From positions 10,462 through 74,461 of the IMG/VR virus record IMGVR_UViG_3300021400_000049: a DNA stretch of 64,000 bases; one strand, written 5' to 3'. The stretch's first letter is position 1, and each line of letters starts with the position of its first letter. The DNA comes from a virus (taxonomy: Duplodnaviria; Caudoviricetes). A program made the position numbers and the translations under genes. The notes under the pieces are model-generated. The model was not told where the DNA came from. It did not search any database and saw only the letters and a list, made by a program, of their open reading frames with translations. Positions 48,558-57,343 of the stretch are shown here, piece after piece.

Positions 48558-48875
48558 ATGGTAGGATATATCTTTAGGGCTGAAAATACAGTCACTAAGA
48601 AAACTTATATTGGAAAATATCTATCTGTTGCATTTAACAAGAAGTATATAGGAGACAATCCTAACGTCCTTTCTGACGCTGAAAAGTATGGTGCAGACAA
48701 GTTTATAGTCAATATGATAAAGGCTTGTGAAACAGTCAAGGAATGCGATTTTGCATATGATGTTATACTTAAAGAACTTGGTGCAAAGACTGATGAGAAG
48801 TTTTATAACTTTGAGATAAAATCAGAAGAAGCACCAGCAAAGAGAACCAGAAAGAAGAAAGTGGTAGAAGAATGA
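48558..48875 (+). CDS. Degenerate GIY-YIG-derived protein
   Basis: GYIF...KTYIGK...KYG..KF; no obvious catalytic Arg/Glu. Confidence 0.5.
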   Translation: MVGYIFRAENTVTKKTYIGKYLSVAFNKKYIGDNPNVLSDAEKYGADKFIVNMIKACETVKECDFAYDVILKELGAKTDEKFYNFEIKSEEAPAKRTRKKKVVEE

Positions 48876-49318
48876 ACCATTACAGTCAATGGTGGGATGA
48901 TACAATCACACTCTATAACAAATACATAGAGCCTACTACTAAGAAGGTAAAATGGTATCGTCATGTTATTGATGGTTGTTTTTATAAGCATACTGTAGAA
49001 AAACTGACAGTAGGTAAAACCACTATTGATACTAATGTTTCTATATGTCGTATCCGTGTCTCTGATAAGTTTATAGATAAGAAGTCTTGGATGAAGCTGG
49101 ATGATAGTGAAAGGGCTGAAAAATTCACACTATCTGGTGGTGATATTGTTGTTGCTGATGAGACTGATTTTATTATAGACGAGTATGTATCTGGCATGAG
49201 GTCAGCAGACCTCATAAAAGAGAATAAAGAGTGGCCCGGTTGCTTTACAGTAGAGACTGTAAATATAAACGTTGGCGGTGGTAGAGGTGATGAGCATTAT
49301 CATCTAAGAGGTACTTGA
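48872..49318 (+). CDS. Head closure/minor capsid protein
   Basis: TITLYNK; FTLSGGDIVV; C-terminal HYHLRG; synteny. Confidence 0.6.
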   Translation: MNHYSQWWDDTITLYNKYIEPTTKKVKWYRHVIDGCFYKHTVEKLTVGKTTIDTNVSICRIRVSDKFIDKKSWMKLDDSERAEKFTLSGGDIVVADETDFIIDEYVSGMRSADLIKENKEWPGCFTVETVNINVGGGRGDEHYHLRGT

Positions 49319-49319
49319 T

Positions 49320-49742
49320 ATGGCAAAAGACTTTACAATACACACCAGAATACATACAGAAACATTGGATAGAGCCTTAAATAGAATTTTAAAAGATAAG
49401 TATGATAGAGCTATGCTTACTGGAGAAATTCAAGAAGAGGCTGCAAGGAAATATGCGGAGCAGTTAAATCATTATGTACCTAGTTCTATTCCTGGTGGAG
49501 ATGGAAATTTAAGAAGTGCATTGGAGTTTCCAAGATATAAAGGTACAGTTGCAATACATTATGTTGCAGAGAATAAATATGGAGAACACTACGCATCAGC
49601 TCAGTTTAATGCTCCTGATTGGTGGAACAGAACTAATGAGGGAACATTCAGCCATTGGAGTCAGCATATAACTCCAGAAGAAAAAGAAGTAGTTTATAGG
49701 CATGTAGCTAAATTGATAGTGGAGGGTATGAATAATGCCTGA
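49320..49742 (+). CDS. Minor capsid/neck protein
   Basis: YVP...GNLR; YASAQF; synteny. Confidence 0.55.
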   Translation: MAKDFTIHTRIHTETLDRALNRILKDKYDRAMLTGEIQEEAARKYAEQLNHYVPSSIPGGDGNLRSALEFPRYKGTVAIHYVAENKYGEHYASAQFNAPDWWNRTNEGTFSHWSQHITPEEKEVVYRHVAKLIVEGMNNA

Positions 49743-50238
49743 TAAGAATGAAGCAATCATAAAGTTTTTAATGGAATGTGATGAAATACAGAATAATCCA
49801 CTATTCTTTAATTTTGCCGATGCCGATGATGGAAATAACCATATTATATCACAAAAAGATACTGTAAAACGTCATTATATTGACGGCAGTGTGCTTAAAC
49901 AATATACTTTTATTATAGCCTGTTACTCATCGGTTGCACATATAGCAATACAAAATGATGAGTCAATTACAGATAAGAACATGGAAAATATGGCATATGT
50001 TCAGAAGATATTAGATTGGATAGATTTGCAGGCACATCCTATTCCAACAAGTGAAGCGGCTCAACCTGCACCACATTTTCCTGATTTTGGTCCGTTGTGT
50101 GAAATTAACGATATGACCACAATAAATACGGACCCAGATATAGATGGAATTGATACTTCTGTAAATCCTCCCATAGCGAGGTATTCAATCGGTGTAAATA
50201 TTGAATACCTAGACAAATCAAAGATGATTTTTAATTAA
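49735..50238 (+). CDS. Tail terminator-like protein
   Basis: Directly upstream of the major tail protein; ARYSIGVNIEY. Confidence 0.55.
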   Translation: MPDKNEAIIKFLMECDEIQNNPLFFNFADADDGNNHIISQKDTVKRHYIDGSVLKQYTFIIACYSSVAHIAIQNDESITDKNMENMAYVQKILDWIDLQAHPIPTSEAAQPAPHFPDFGPLCEINDMTTINTDPDIDGIDTSVNPPIARYSIGVNIEYLDKSKMIFN

Positions 50239-50253
50239 CGAAAGGAGCATACT

Positions 50254-50772
50254 ATGGCAGAGCAGTTTAATCTTAAAGCCGGCCAGAGAGCCGAGAGAAA
50301 ACTTCTCATTACAGTAGCAGAGTGGACTGAAGGCACAGCTCAGATAAGAGAGTTTCTTGGAACAAGAACTGAGGACTCATCTATCGAGTACAACTCAGAA
50401 ATTGAGACCACAACAGACATCAGAGGTAACAACTATACAGACCTCGAAAGAACTCAGCCTGAGCAGACTTTTGATGCTTCACCTATCATCGGTGGTGAAA
50501 AGCTGAAAGTTAAGCTGAACGACATTAGACGTAGAAATGCCATTTCAGAACTCGGTGGTTTCACAATCTACATCATCACTGCATTTGTAGGCGATTCTAC
50601 AAATGGTTATGCCGCAGAGAAGCATACTGATTGCACAATCACTTATGATTCAATCGGTGGCGATACAAAGATTAACTTCCCTTACACAGTACACTTTAGT
50701 AACAAGATTACTACAGGTACTGTTGATAAGCTGGCAGAGGACTTTGTATTTACTGCTGATGCAACAGTTTAA
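50254..50772 (+). CDS. Major tail (tube) protein
   Basis: Strong RBS, high-expression codon use, beta-rich; synteny. Confidence 0.7.
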   Translation: MAEQFNLKAGQRAERKLLITVAEWTEGTAQIREFLGTRTEDSSIEYNSEIETTTDIRGNNYTDLERTQPEQTFDASPIIGGEKLKVKLNDIRRRNAISELGGFTIYIITAFVGDSTNGYAAEKHTDCTITYDSIGGDTKINFPYTVHFSNKITTGTVDKLAEDFVFTADATV

Positions 50773-50791
50773 TAATTAGGAGGGGAATAAA

Positions 50792-51412
50792 ATGGCCAAG
50801 TCAACATCAAAACTCTTTCAGAGTGAGGAACCTAAAGAAATGAAGGAAGATGCTATGAATCTTCCTGAAGAGGTAAAAGAAGAAGTAAAAGAGGAAGTAA
50901 TTCCTAAAGAACAGACGTTTGTAGTCAATACTCCACCTGTTACAGATGATATTCAGGATGTAAATATCTCTGCAATCAGAAGGAAGAGATTTAGAATCAA
51001 CGGAGACTCAAACAAGATATTGGAACTCAATACAAGTGACATCAATATCACATCCAGATTATCTTCTGCATATGAGCGTCTTACAAAGCATATGGAAGAA
51101 GTTGGTAATATTCTTTCAAGTCTTCCAGAAGATGCTATTGGTGAAGAGCAGGAGAAACTCATAAGAGAGAATCTGGATAAGATAGATGCTGAGATGAAGA
51201 AGGAAGTTGATTACATCTTTGATGCTCCTGTAAGTGAGATATGTTGTGATGATGGTTCAATGTATGATCCATTTGAAGGTATGTTTAGATTTGAGCATAT
51301 CATTGATGCAATCACTAAACTCTATGAGACAAACCTCAATTCTGAGTTTAGTAAGATGAAGCGCAGAGTATCAGCAAAAACATCCAAGTATACCAAGAAA
51401 TATCACAACTAA
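50792..51412 (+). CDS. Tail assembly chaperone
   Basis: Acidic helical ORF between tube gene and Gp15-like gene. Confidence 0.6.
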   Translation: MAKSTSKLFQSEEPKEMKEDAMNLPEEVKEEVKEEVIPKEQTFVVNTPPVTDDIQDVNISAIRRKRFRINGDSNKILELNTSDINITSRLSSAYERLTKHMEEVGNILSSLPEDAIGEEQEKLIRENLDKIDAEMKKEVDYIFDAPVSEICCDDGSMYDPFEGMFRFEHIIDAITKLYETNLNSEFSKMKRRVSAKTSKYTKKYHN

Positions 51413-51435
51413 GAATTGAATAAGGAGCTCCGTGT

Positions 51436-52011
51436 ATGTATGAATTACCTACGGAGATAGAAATAGCAGGACGTCCGTATCAGATTCGTAATCGCGGCGA
51501 TTACAGAACGATATTGGGCGTCTTTTCTGCTTTAGAGGATCCAGAACTAACTCAGAATGAGCGTATTATCTCCGCTTTAATTATATTTTATGAAGATTTA
51601 AACGATATTGAAGATGTGTTTGCATTACCTGATTTAGAGTCCGCAACTAAACAGATGTATGACTTTTTTAATGGCGGTAAGGGTGAAAAAGGTAAAGCCG
51701 CTAGAAAACTTATAGATTGGGAAGATGATTCAGCAATCATCAGTTCAGCGGTAAATAAAGTTGCAGGGATGGAAATTAGGTCAGCAGAATATATACATTG
51801 GTGGACTTTTCTGTCATACTATATGTCAGTAGGGGAGTGTGTTTTATCTACTGTGGTTAGTATAAGGGATAAAATGATGAGTGGTAAAAAGTTAGAAAAA
51901 TGGGAACGAGATTACCGCAACGAGAATCCTCAATACTTTAATTGGAACCACAAGACTGTAGATGAAGTTGATGCGGAAGAATGGTTAAAGAGTGTTTGGA
52001 ATAAGGAGTAA
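51436..52011 (+). CDS. Bacteriophage Gp15-like tail chaperone
   Basis: LPTEIEIAGRPYQIRNRGDYR; LIDWEDD; YIHWWTFLSY. Confidence 0.75.
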   Translation: MYELPTEIEIAGRPYQIRNRGDYRTILGVFSALEDPELTQNERIISALIIFYEDLNDIEDVFALPDLESATKQMYDFFNGGKGEKGKAARKLIDWEDDSAIISSAVNKVAGMEIRSAEYIHWWTFLSYYMSVGECVLSTVVSIRDKMMSGKKLEKWERDYRNENPQYFNWNHKTVDEVDAEEWLKSVWNKE

Positions 52012-52014
52012 GAT

Positions 52015-55000
52015 ATGGGTGCAAACGGAATAGACGGAGAAGTAGAAATCCCTATAAAGTTTACAGTTGAAGATGATAGTGCCGTAAAGAAGTCTATAGC
52101 TGAGATTCAAACTGCTATAAAAAAGGCTCAAGATTCTTTGAATAAAGATACAACAAATACTAAGGCGACAAAGGAATCTATTGCCGCTATGCAGACCTAT
52201 GTCGATAAGATTGAGGCCGCAAGACGTAAAATGTTAGAACTTAAGGCCGCATCTGAATCTTCGGCTCAAAAAGCAGAAGCTATGAAAAATTGGGACTACA
52301 AAGCTGATGGGTTTAATAAGTCCGATTACAATACCGCAGTATCTGCCGCGAATAAAGAGGCTACAAAAGCTAGAAGGGATTATATCACTCAGAGTGGGGC
52401 CCTAAAGAAGGCGATGAATGATAGTTATAATGCCGCTATGCAAGAAGTCTCAGGATTGCAGTTAATTGAGTCTGAGGCGATTAAGTCAAAAGGATCTATT
52501 GATTTATTTAAACAGGCTTTGCAGTCGTTTAAAAAGCAGGTTGAAGATGTTAATAAGTCGAAGTTAGGATTTAACGAGATTACATCCTCAATAACTAAGA
52601 TGCAGTACGCTATGACTGCTATGGACAATGCTGTGGAGAAGCAGTATAAGACATTAAATGGTCAGACTGTACAAGTAAGTCCGTTCGCAACATCTGAGCT
52701 TTCAAATGCAAGAGATGAGTTGCAGGAAATGCGTGACCAGCTTGCTATGGCATTAGAAACATATGTGGACCTCAGAGATAGCATAAACGATGGTTCAATA
52801 TACCAGAATCTTAAGGCAGATGGAAAATCTACCGAACAGTTTAAGAGCGAAATTATTTCTCTAAATGAAATGATTGACCAGAGTATACGAGAAATCATGG
52901 AAATGACTTCTGTATATGAGCATGAGGCTATGATTGCCGCTCAATCAGCTAGAGAAATACAAGGAAATTTAGTTACACAATCAGCTCCTCGTGAAGATGT
53001 TGGATATGCAGAGACATCATTTCAAATGACAAAGGAGCAATTAGAGGCTGAACAGGAACTTGCTAAAGCAGAGGAAGAAAGAATAAAGAGAGAGCGTGAG
53101 GCTTATGCTGAACATGAGAAAGCTAAGAAGGCAGCAATCGCCAGTACAAATAAAGAGATTACCACAGTAAAGCAGTCTGCCGCTCAGTATTACTACAAAC
53201 TCCGTGCGGTTAAGATGCTTGGCTTCACAATAAATCAGATTACATCAACTGTAGATAAGTTTAATAAGAAACTTGTTAGTGGAGCTACAAAAGCTCTTAA
53301 TGCATATCTTAGACTTATACCTGGTGTAAATGCACTTAAAAAGGCGTTTGATAAAGCACAATCATCTCAGAAGAAATTTAATAAGGAGATGAAGAATACC
53401 AGTAAGAATACTGATTTAGGTAATCAATCTTTAGGCAAATTCTTGATAACCACGCTTAAAGCAATTATAGGTGTACGCTCTTTGTATATGTTACTGCGTA
53501 AGCTCAGAAAAGCTATAGGTGAAGGCTTTGAGTCTATGGCTAAACAGATTTCATCTGTAAACACTCAGATGTCTTCCGTAGTTACATCTATAAATCAGAT
53601 GAAAGCCTCAGTTACTGCCGCTATTCAGCCAATACTTTCTGTTTTAGCACCTGCACTTGAAAGAGTAGCGGCTGCGGTTGCTGAAATAACATATCAAATA
53701 GCTTCATTCATTGCCGCGCTTACAGGTCAGTCAGTAGTATATAAGGCTGCCAAAGTATGGACAGATTATGCCGATTCACTTGATAAAACTGGTAAATCAG
53801 CTAAGAAAGCTAAGAAAGAGCTTGCCGGTTTTGATGAATTGAACGTGCTTCATACTGATGATAAGAGTGGCGGAGATGATTTTGGTGGAATGAGCTGGGA
53901 TCCAGTTGCTCCATCAAAGAAAGCTCAGGAATTAGCTGAGAAAATCAAGGACATTTTTAAGAAACTGTTTGACCCTCTAAAAGAAGCATGGGAGAAATTC
54001 AGAACATTCATAATCAACTCATGGAAATATGCTCTTAGAGAATTACTTAAACTAGGAAAATCCATAGCGAAAGACTTCTGGAGAGTATGGGAAAGCGATA
54101 CTGTACAGAACATCTTTGATAACATAGCCCAAACAATAGCTTATATAGGCATAATAGTCGGTAATCTCGCAAAGAATTTTAGAAAAGCATGGGAGTATAA
54201 TGAGAGTGGTTATAGAATCTTAATGTCTATAGCTAAATGTCTTGAATCAATTACTCGACACATTCTTGATGCCGCTAAGTATACTGCTAAATGGTCAGCA
54301 GAGCTTTCATTTATACCCGCTATGAATGCCCTTGCAGATAACATGGAACAGAAACTTGTGCCCGCAGTTGAGAGGGTTGCAAGTCTGTTTGAAATGCTCT
54401 ATGAGCAGATACTCCTTAAGATAATAAAGGATTTCATTGAAAAGGGATTACCTCAGCTTGTAAACTTCTTTGGAACAGTAGCGGAGATTGTAGGCATAAT
54501 CGCTGAGAAGATAGAGATTGCCCTTAGAAGCGGTAGCAATGGTATAATGATAGTTCAGAGAATAGAGGATCTGTTACAGATTCTTATGACTGGCTTTCAA
54601 GATATGGCAGATGCTACAAAAGAATGGGCAGAGAATTTAGACCTCAGACCATTGATGGTATCTCTTAAAGATAACCTTGAAAAGATACAACCGTTAGTTC
54701 AGTTTATCTCAGATACAGTTAAAACATTTTGGACAGATGTATTACTTCCATTATGGAAGTATCTTCTTGAAGAAGGATTTCCTAAGCTACTCGATGCTAT
54801 AGGAAAGATAGCTCAGGGTGCAGATTGGGAAACAATCACTACAAATATGCAGAATTTCATGTCGGCACTTGAACCTATATTTGAATTTGCATGGGAAGTT
54901 CTTATTCAGTTAATTAGCGATTTTGGTACTGCCGTTACAGACTTCTTGGGCTCAGAAGAATTTACTAACATTATAAACAATATAAAGGAATTTGCTGATA

Positions 55001-56925
55001 ACTTCGCTAATATGTCTGACGATGAGAAGCAGGCATATGTAGAAGAAATGACCAACAAGATTGAGCAACTTGTCGGAGTTCTTATAGGATTAACTGCCGC
55101 ATTACATCTCATCAATAATGTTGCTATGCCGCTAATCACAAACTACATGACATTTAGCAACTTTATAAGACAGGGTGTAATGCAAGCTCAGGTAGCAAAG
55201 CTCAGTAAGGACGTAGCTACCTTAGCAGGAACAGGTGGAAATGCTACTGGTATTGCAGGATTAGCGGCTAAATTAAGTAGTGTATCTACTGAGTTCAAGA
55301 CTCTCGGTATGGTATTACAGAATTGGGGTAGTGTATTCACAACACCTACTGAACTTATAGGAAAGCTCACTACTGCATTAGGACCTGGAGCAGGGTTACT
55401 TGGAGCACTTACTGCCGTGACTGGAGTTTTAACTGCTGTATCTGGTGGATTCGATATGATGAATAACGGATTTAGTCTTGGCAGTGAAGCGGTGACGGTA
55501 TTTGGTGGAGCACTTACTACAGTAGGACTTATCATAGCTGGAGTAGCTGCTTGGCCAGCAGTTATAGCAGGTGCTTTAGTTGCGATTGTAGCTAATCTCG
55601 GAGCATTTGGCGATGATATGCTCAATTTTGTATTAGTTACAATGAGTAATATCGGAAATAAAATACATGAGTTCTTTTCAAATTTAGGTCATAATTTTGG
55701 AGTTTGGATAGGCACAACAGTAAGTAACATTAAGGCTAATCTCGAAGAAAAGTTAGAGGAATTACAGAAACCTGAAAACTGGATTGAATTTGGTATAAAC
55801 ATACTCAAAGGTATATTATCTATCTTCTTATTACCTCTCAAACTGAAAGAATGGATAGTAAAGGCAATAACAGGATTTTTTGAGGGATTTGTCGAGGGCT
55901 TAAAAGAAGGTTTTGATATGCACTCTCCATCAAAGAAGATGGAACCTTTTGGTGAGAATATCCTCGAAGGAATTTTACAGGGTATTATATCTGCTATTAC
56001 ATCCATCGGTTCTTGGATAGTAAATAATGTAGTTACTCCTATTGTAAACGGTATTAAATCAGCATTTAACGCAGTTACCGGCACAATAAAGTCTGTTGGC
56101 TCTAATCTGATAAATGGATTATTACAAGGCATTGTAAGTATGATTGCTAATGTCATTTCAAGGATTGCCAACTTTGTTTATCAGATAAAGAGTGCATTTA
56201 GCTCAGGTCTTTCTGCATCATCATTAGTAAGTGTCGGTTACAATCTTCTTGTAGGACTGATAAATGGAATTATTGATGGATTTAACAGAGCATATCAGAG
56301 AATAAGAGAAGGCTGCAGTAATATTGTTAATATCGCCAAGAGTATATTCCAGATTGGTTCACCATCTAAGGTATTTGAGCAGATAGGTAAATATGATATG
56401 GAAGGTCTTACAAATGGTATAGATGAAGGAGCATCAGACGCAAAAGACGCTATGGAAGACGCCGTAAGCGATATTATACCAGATGTTAATACATCAGATA
56501 GTTTTGCTGATAACTTCTTAGACAACCTTACTACAATGAAGCAGGATGCAATCAGTATTATCAACTCAATGGTAGATGAGATGTCTACATCCATGAGCAA
56601 TCTTGATACTCTGTTTTCATCAGGTAATTGGGGAATTGCTTCTCAGTTAGGTAAGTTGAGTACAATATCTATTCCTAATATTGCTCAAGGTAAAACTCTT
56701 CCATCTACAGCTCAGTTCTCACAGGCAAAAAATGAAGAGGAGTTTGATTATAGTAGACTGGCTAATGTTTTATCATCAGCCATCGTTGATGCAATGGGCG
56801 CATCAAGTTATAATAATACTAATAGCGGAGATACTATTATTAGCATTGATGGCAGAGAGATATTTAGGGCAGTTAGAAAACAGAATGACATTTACAGAAA
56901 GTCAACTGGTAAGACTGCATTTTAA
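52015..56925 (+). CDS. Tape measure protein
   Basis: 1636 aa helical; LAGFDELNVL; periodic W/F repeats; hydrophobic segments. Confidence 0.9.
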   Translation: MGANGIDGEVEIPIKFTVEDDSAVKKSIAEIQTAIKKAQDSLNKDTTNTKATKESIAAMQTYVDKIEAARRKMLELKAASESSAQKAEAMKNWDYKADGFNKSDYNTAVSAANKEATKARRDYITQSGALKKAMNDSYNAAMQEVSGLQLIESEAIKSKGSIDLFKQALQSFKKQVEDVNKSKLGFNEITSSITKMQYAMTAMDNAVEKQYKTLNGQTVQVSPFATSELSNARDELQEMRDQLAMALETYVDLRDSINDGSIYQNLKADGKSTEQFKSEIISLNEMIDQSIREIMEMTSVYEHEAMIAAQSAREIQGNLVTQSAPREDVGYAETSFQMTKEQLEAEQELAKAEEERIKREREAYAEHEKAKKAAIASTNKEITTVKQSAAQYYYKLRAVKMLGFTINQITSTVDKFNKKLVSGATKALNAYLRLIPGVNALKKAFDKAQSSQKKFNKEMKNTSKNTDLGNQSLGKFLITTLKAIIGVRSLYMLLRKLRKAIGEGFESMAKQISSVNTQMSSVVTSINQMKASVTAAIQPILSVLAPALERVAAAVAEITYQIASFIAALTGQSVVYKAAKVWTDYADSLDKTGKSAKKAKKELAGFDELNVLHTDDKSGGDDFGGMSWDPVAPSKKAQELAEKIKDIFKKLFDPLKEAWEKFRTFIINSWKYALRELLKLGKSIAKDFWRVWESDTVQNIFDNIAQTIAYIGIIVGNLAKNFRKAWEYNESGYRILMSIAKCLESITRHILDAAKYTAKWSAELSFIPAMNALADNMEQKLVPAVERVASLFEMLYEQILLKIIKDFIEKGLPQLVNFFGTVAEIVGIIAEKIEIALRSGSNGIMIVQRIEDLLQILMTGFQDMADATKEWAENLDLRPLMVSLKDNLEKIQPLVQFISDTVKTFWTDVLLPLWKYLLEEGFPKLLDAIGKIAQGADWETITTNMQNFMSALEPIFEFAWEVLIQLISDFGTAVTDFLGSEEFTNIINNIKEFADNFANMSDDEKQAYVEEMTNKIEQLVGVLIGLTAALHLINNVAMPLITNYMTFSNFIRQGVMQAQVAKLSKDVATLAGTGGNATGIAGLAAKLSSVSTEFKTLGMVLQNWGSVFTTPTELIGKLTTALGPGAGLLGALTAVTGVLTAVSGGFDMMNNGFSLGSEAVTVFGGALTTVGLIIAGVAAWPAVIAGALVAIVANLGAFGDDMLNFVLVTMSNIGNKIHEFFSNLGHNFGVWIGTTVSNIKANLEEKLEELQKPENWIEFGINILKGILSIFLLPLKLKEWIVKAITGFFEGFVEGLKEGFDMHSPSKKMEPFGENILEGILQGIISAITSIGSWIVNNVVTPIVNGIKSAFNAVTGTIKSVGSNLINGLLQGIVSMIANVISRIANFVYQIKSAFSSGLSASSLVSVGYNLLVGLINGIIDGFNRAYQRIREGCSNIVNIAKSIFQIGSPSKVFEQIGKYDMEGLTNGIDEGASDAKDAMEDAVSDIIPDVNTSDSFADNFLDNLTTMKQDAISIINSMVDEMSTSMSNLDTLFSSGNWGIASQLGKLSTISIPNIAQGKTLPSTAQFSQAKNEEEFDYSRLANVLSSAIVDAMGASSYNNTNSGDTIISIDGREIFRAVRKQNDIYRKSTGKTAF

Positions 56926-56935
56926 GGGGTAAACT

Positions 56936-57343
56936 ATGGCATATGAAGGTTACTTGATAAAAATAGGATATAACGATAAATTCTATAACAATTATATTGT
57001 ATTTGATACATATAAGGTATCTAAAAAGATTATCGACCTAGATAGTTATAGAGATGCAAATGGTGTACTGCATAGACAGGCACTGGAACATGTTTCTTAT
57101 ACAATCGAATTTGAATTAAGGCCTCTTATGGAAGATGTTCATGCCGAAATAATGGAGGCAATAGAGAACACATTTACTATTCCTGAAGAGCGTAAACTAT
57201 CAGTAACCTTCTGGTTGCCAGAGGAGCATATATATGTAACCGCAGATTGTTATATGCCTGACCCTGAGATTACAGTAAAAGCAGAATATAATGGCACAGA
57301 TTTAAGATATGATAAAACAACCATTAAATTTATAGGATATTGA
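56936..57343 (+). CDS. Distal tail protein (Dit)-like
   Basis: DLDSYRDANGVLHR; CYMPD; immediately after TMP. Confidence 0.65.
   Translation: MAYEGYLIKIGYNDKFYNNYIVFDTYKVSKKIIDLDSYRDANGVLHRQALEHVSYTIEFELRPLMEDVHAEIMEAIENTFTIPEERKLSVTFWLPEEHIYVTADCYMPDPEITVKAEYNGTDLRYDKTTIKFIGY

Noticed and set aside
51380-51440. Programmed -1 frameshift joining the tail chaperones
   Set aside because: No X XXY YYZ slippery heptamer seen before the 51412 stop; the downstream gene has its own AAGGAG RBS.
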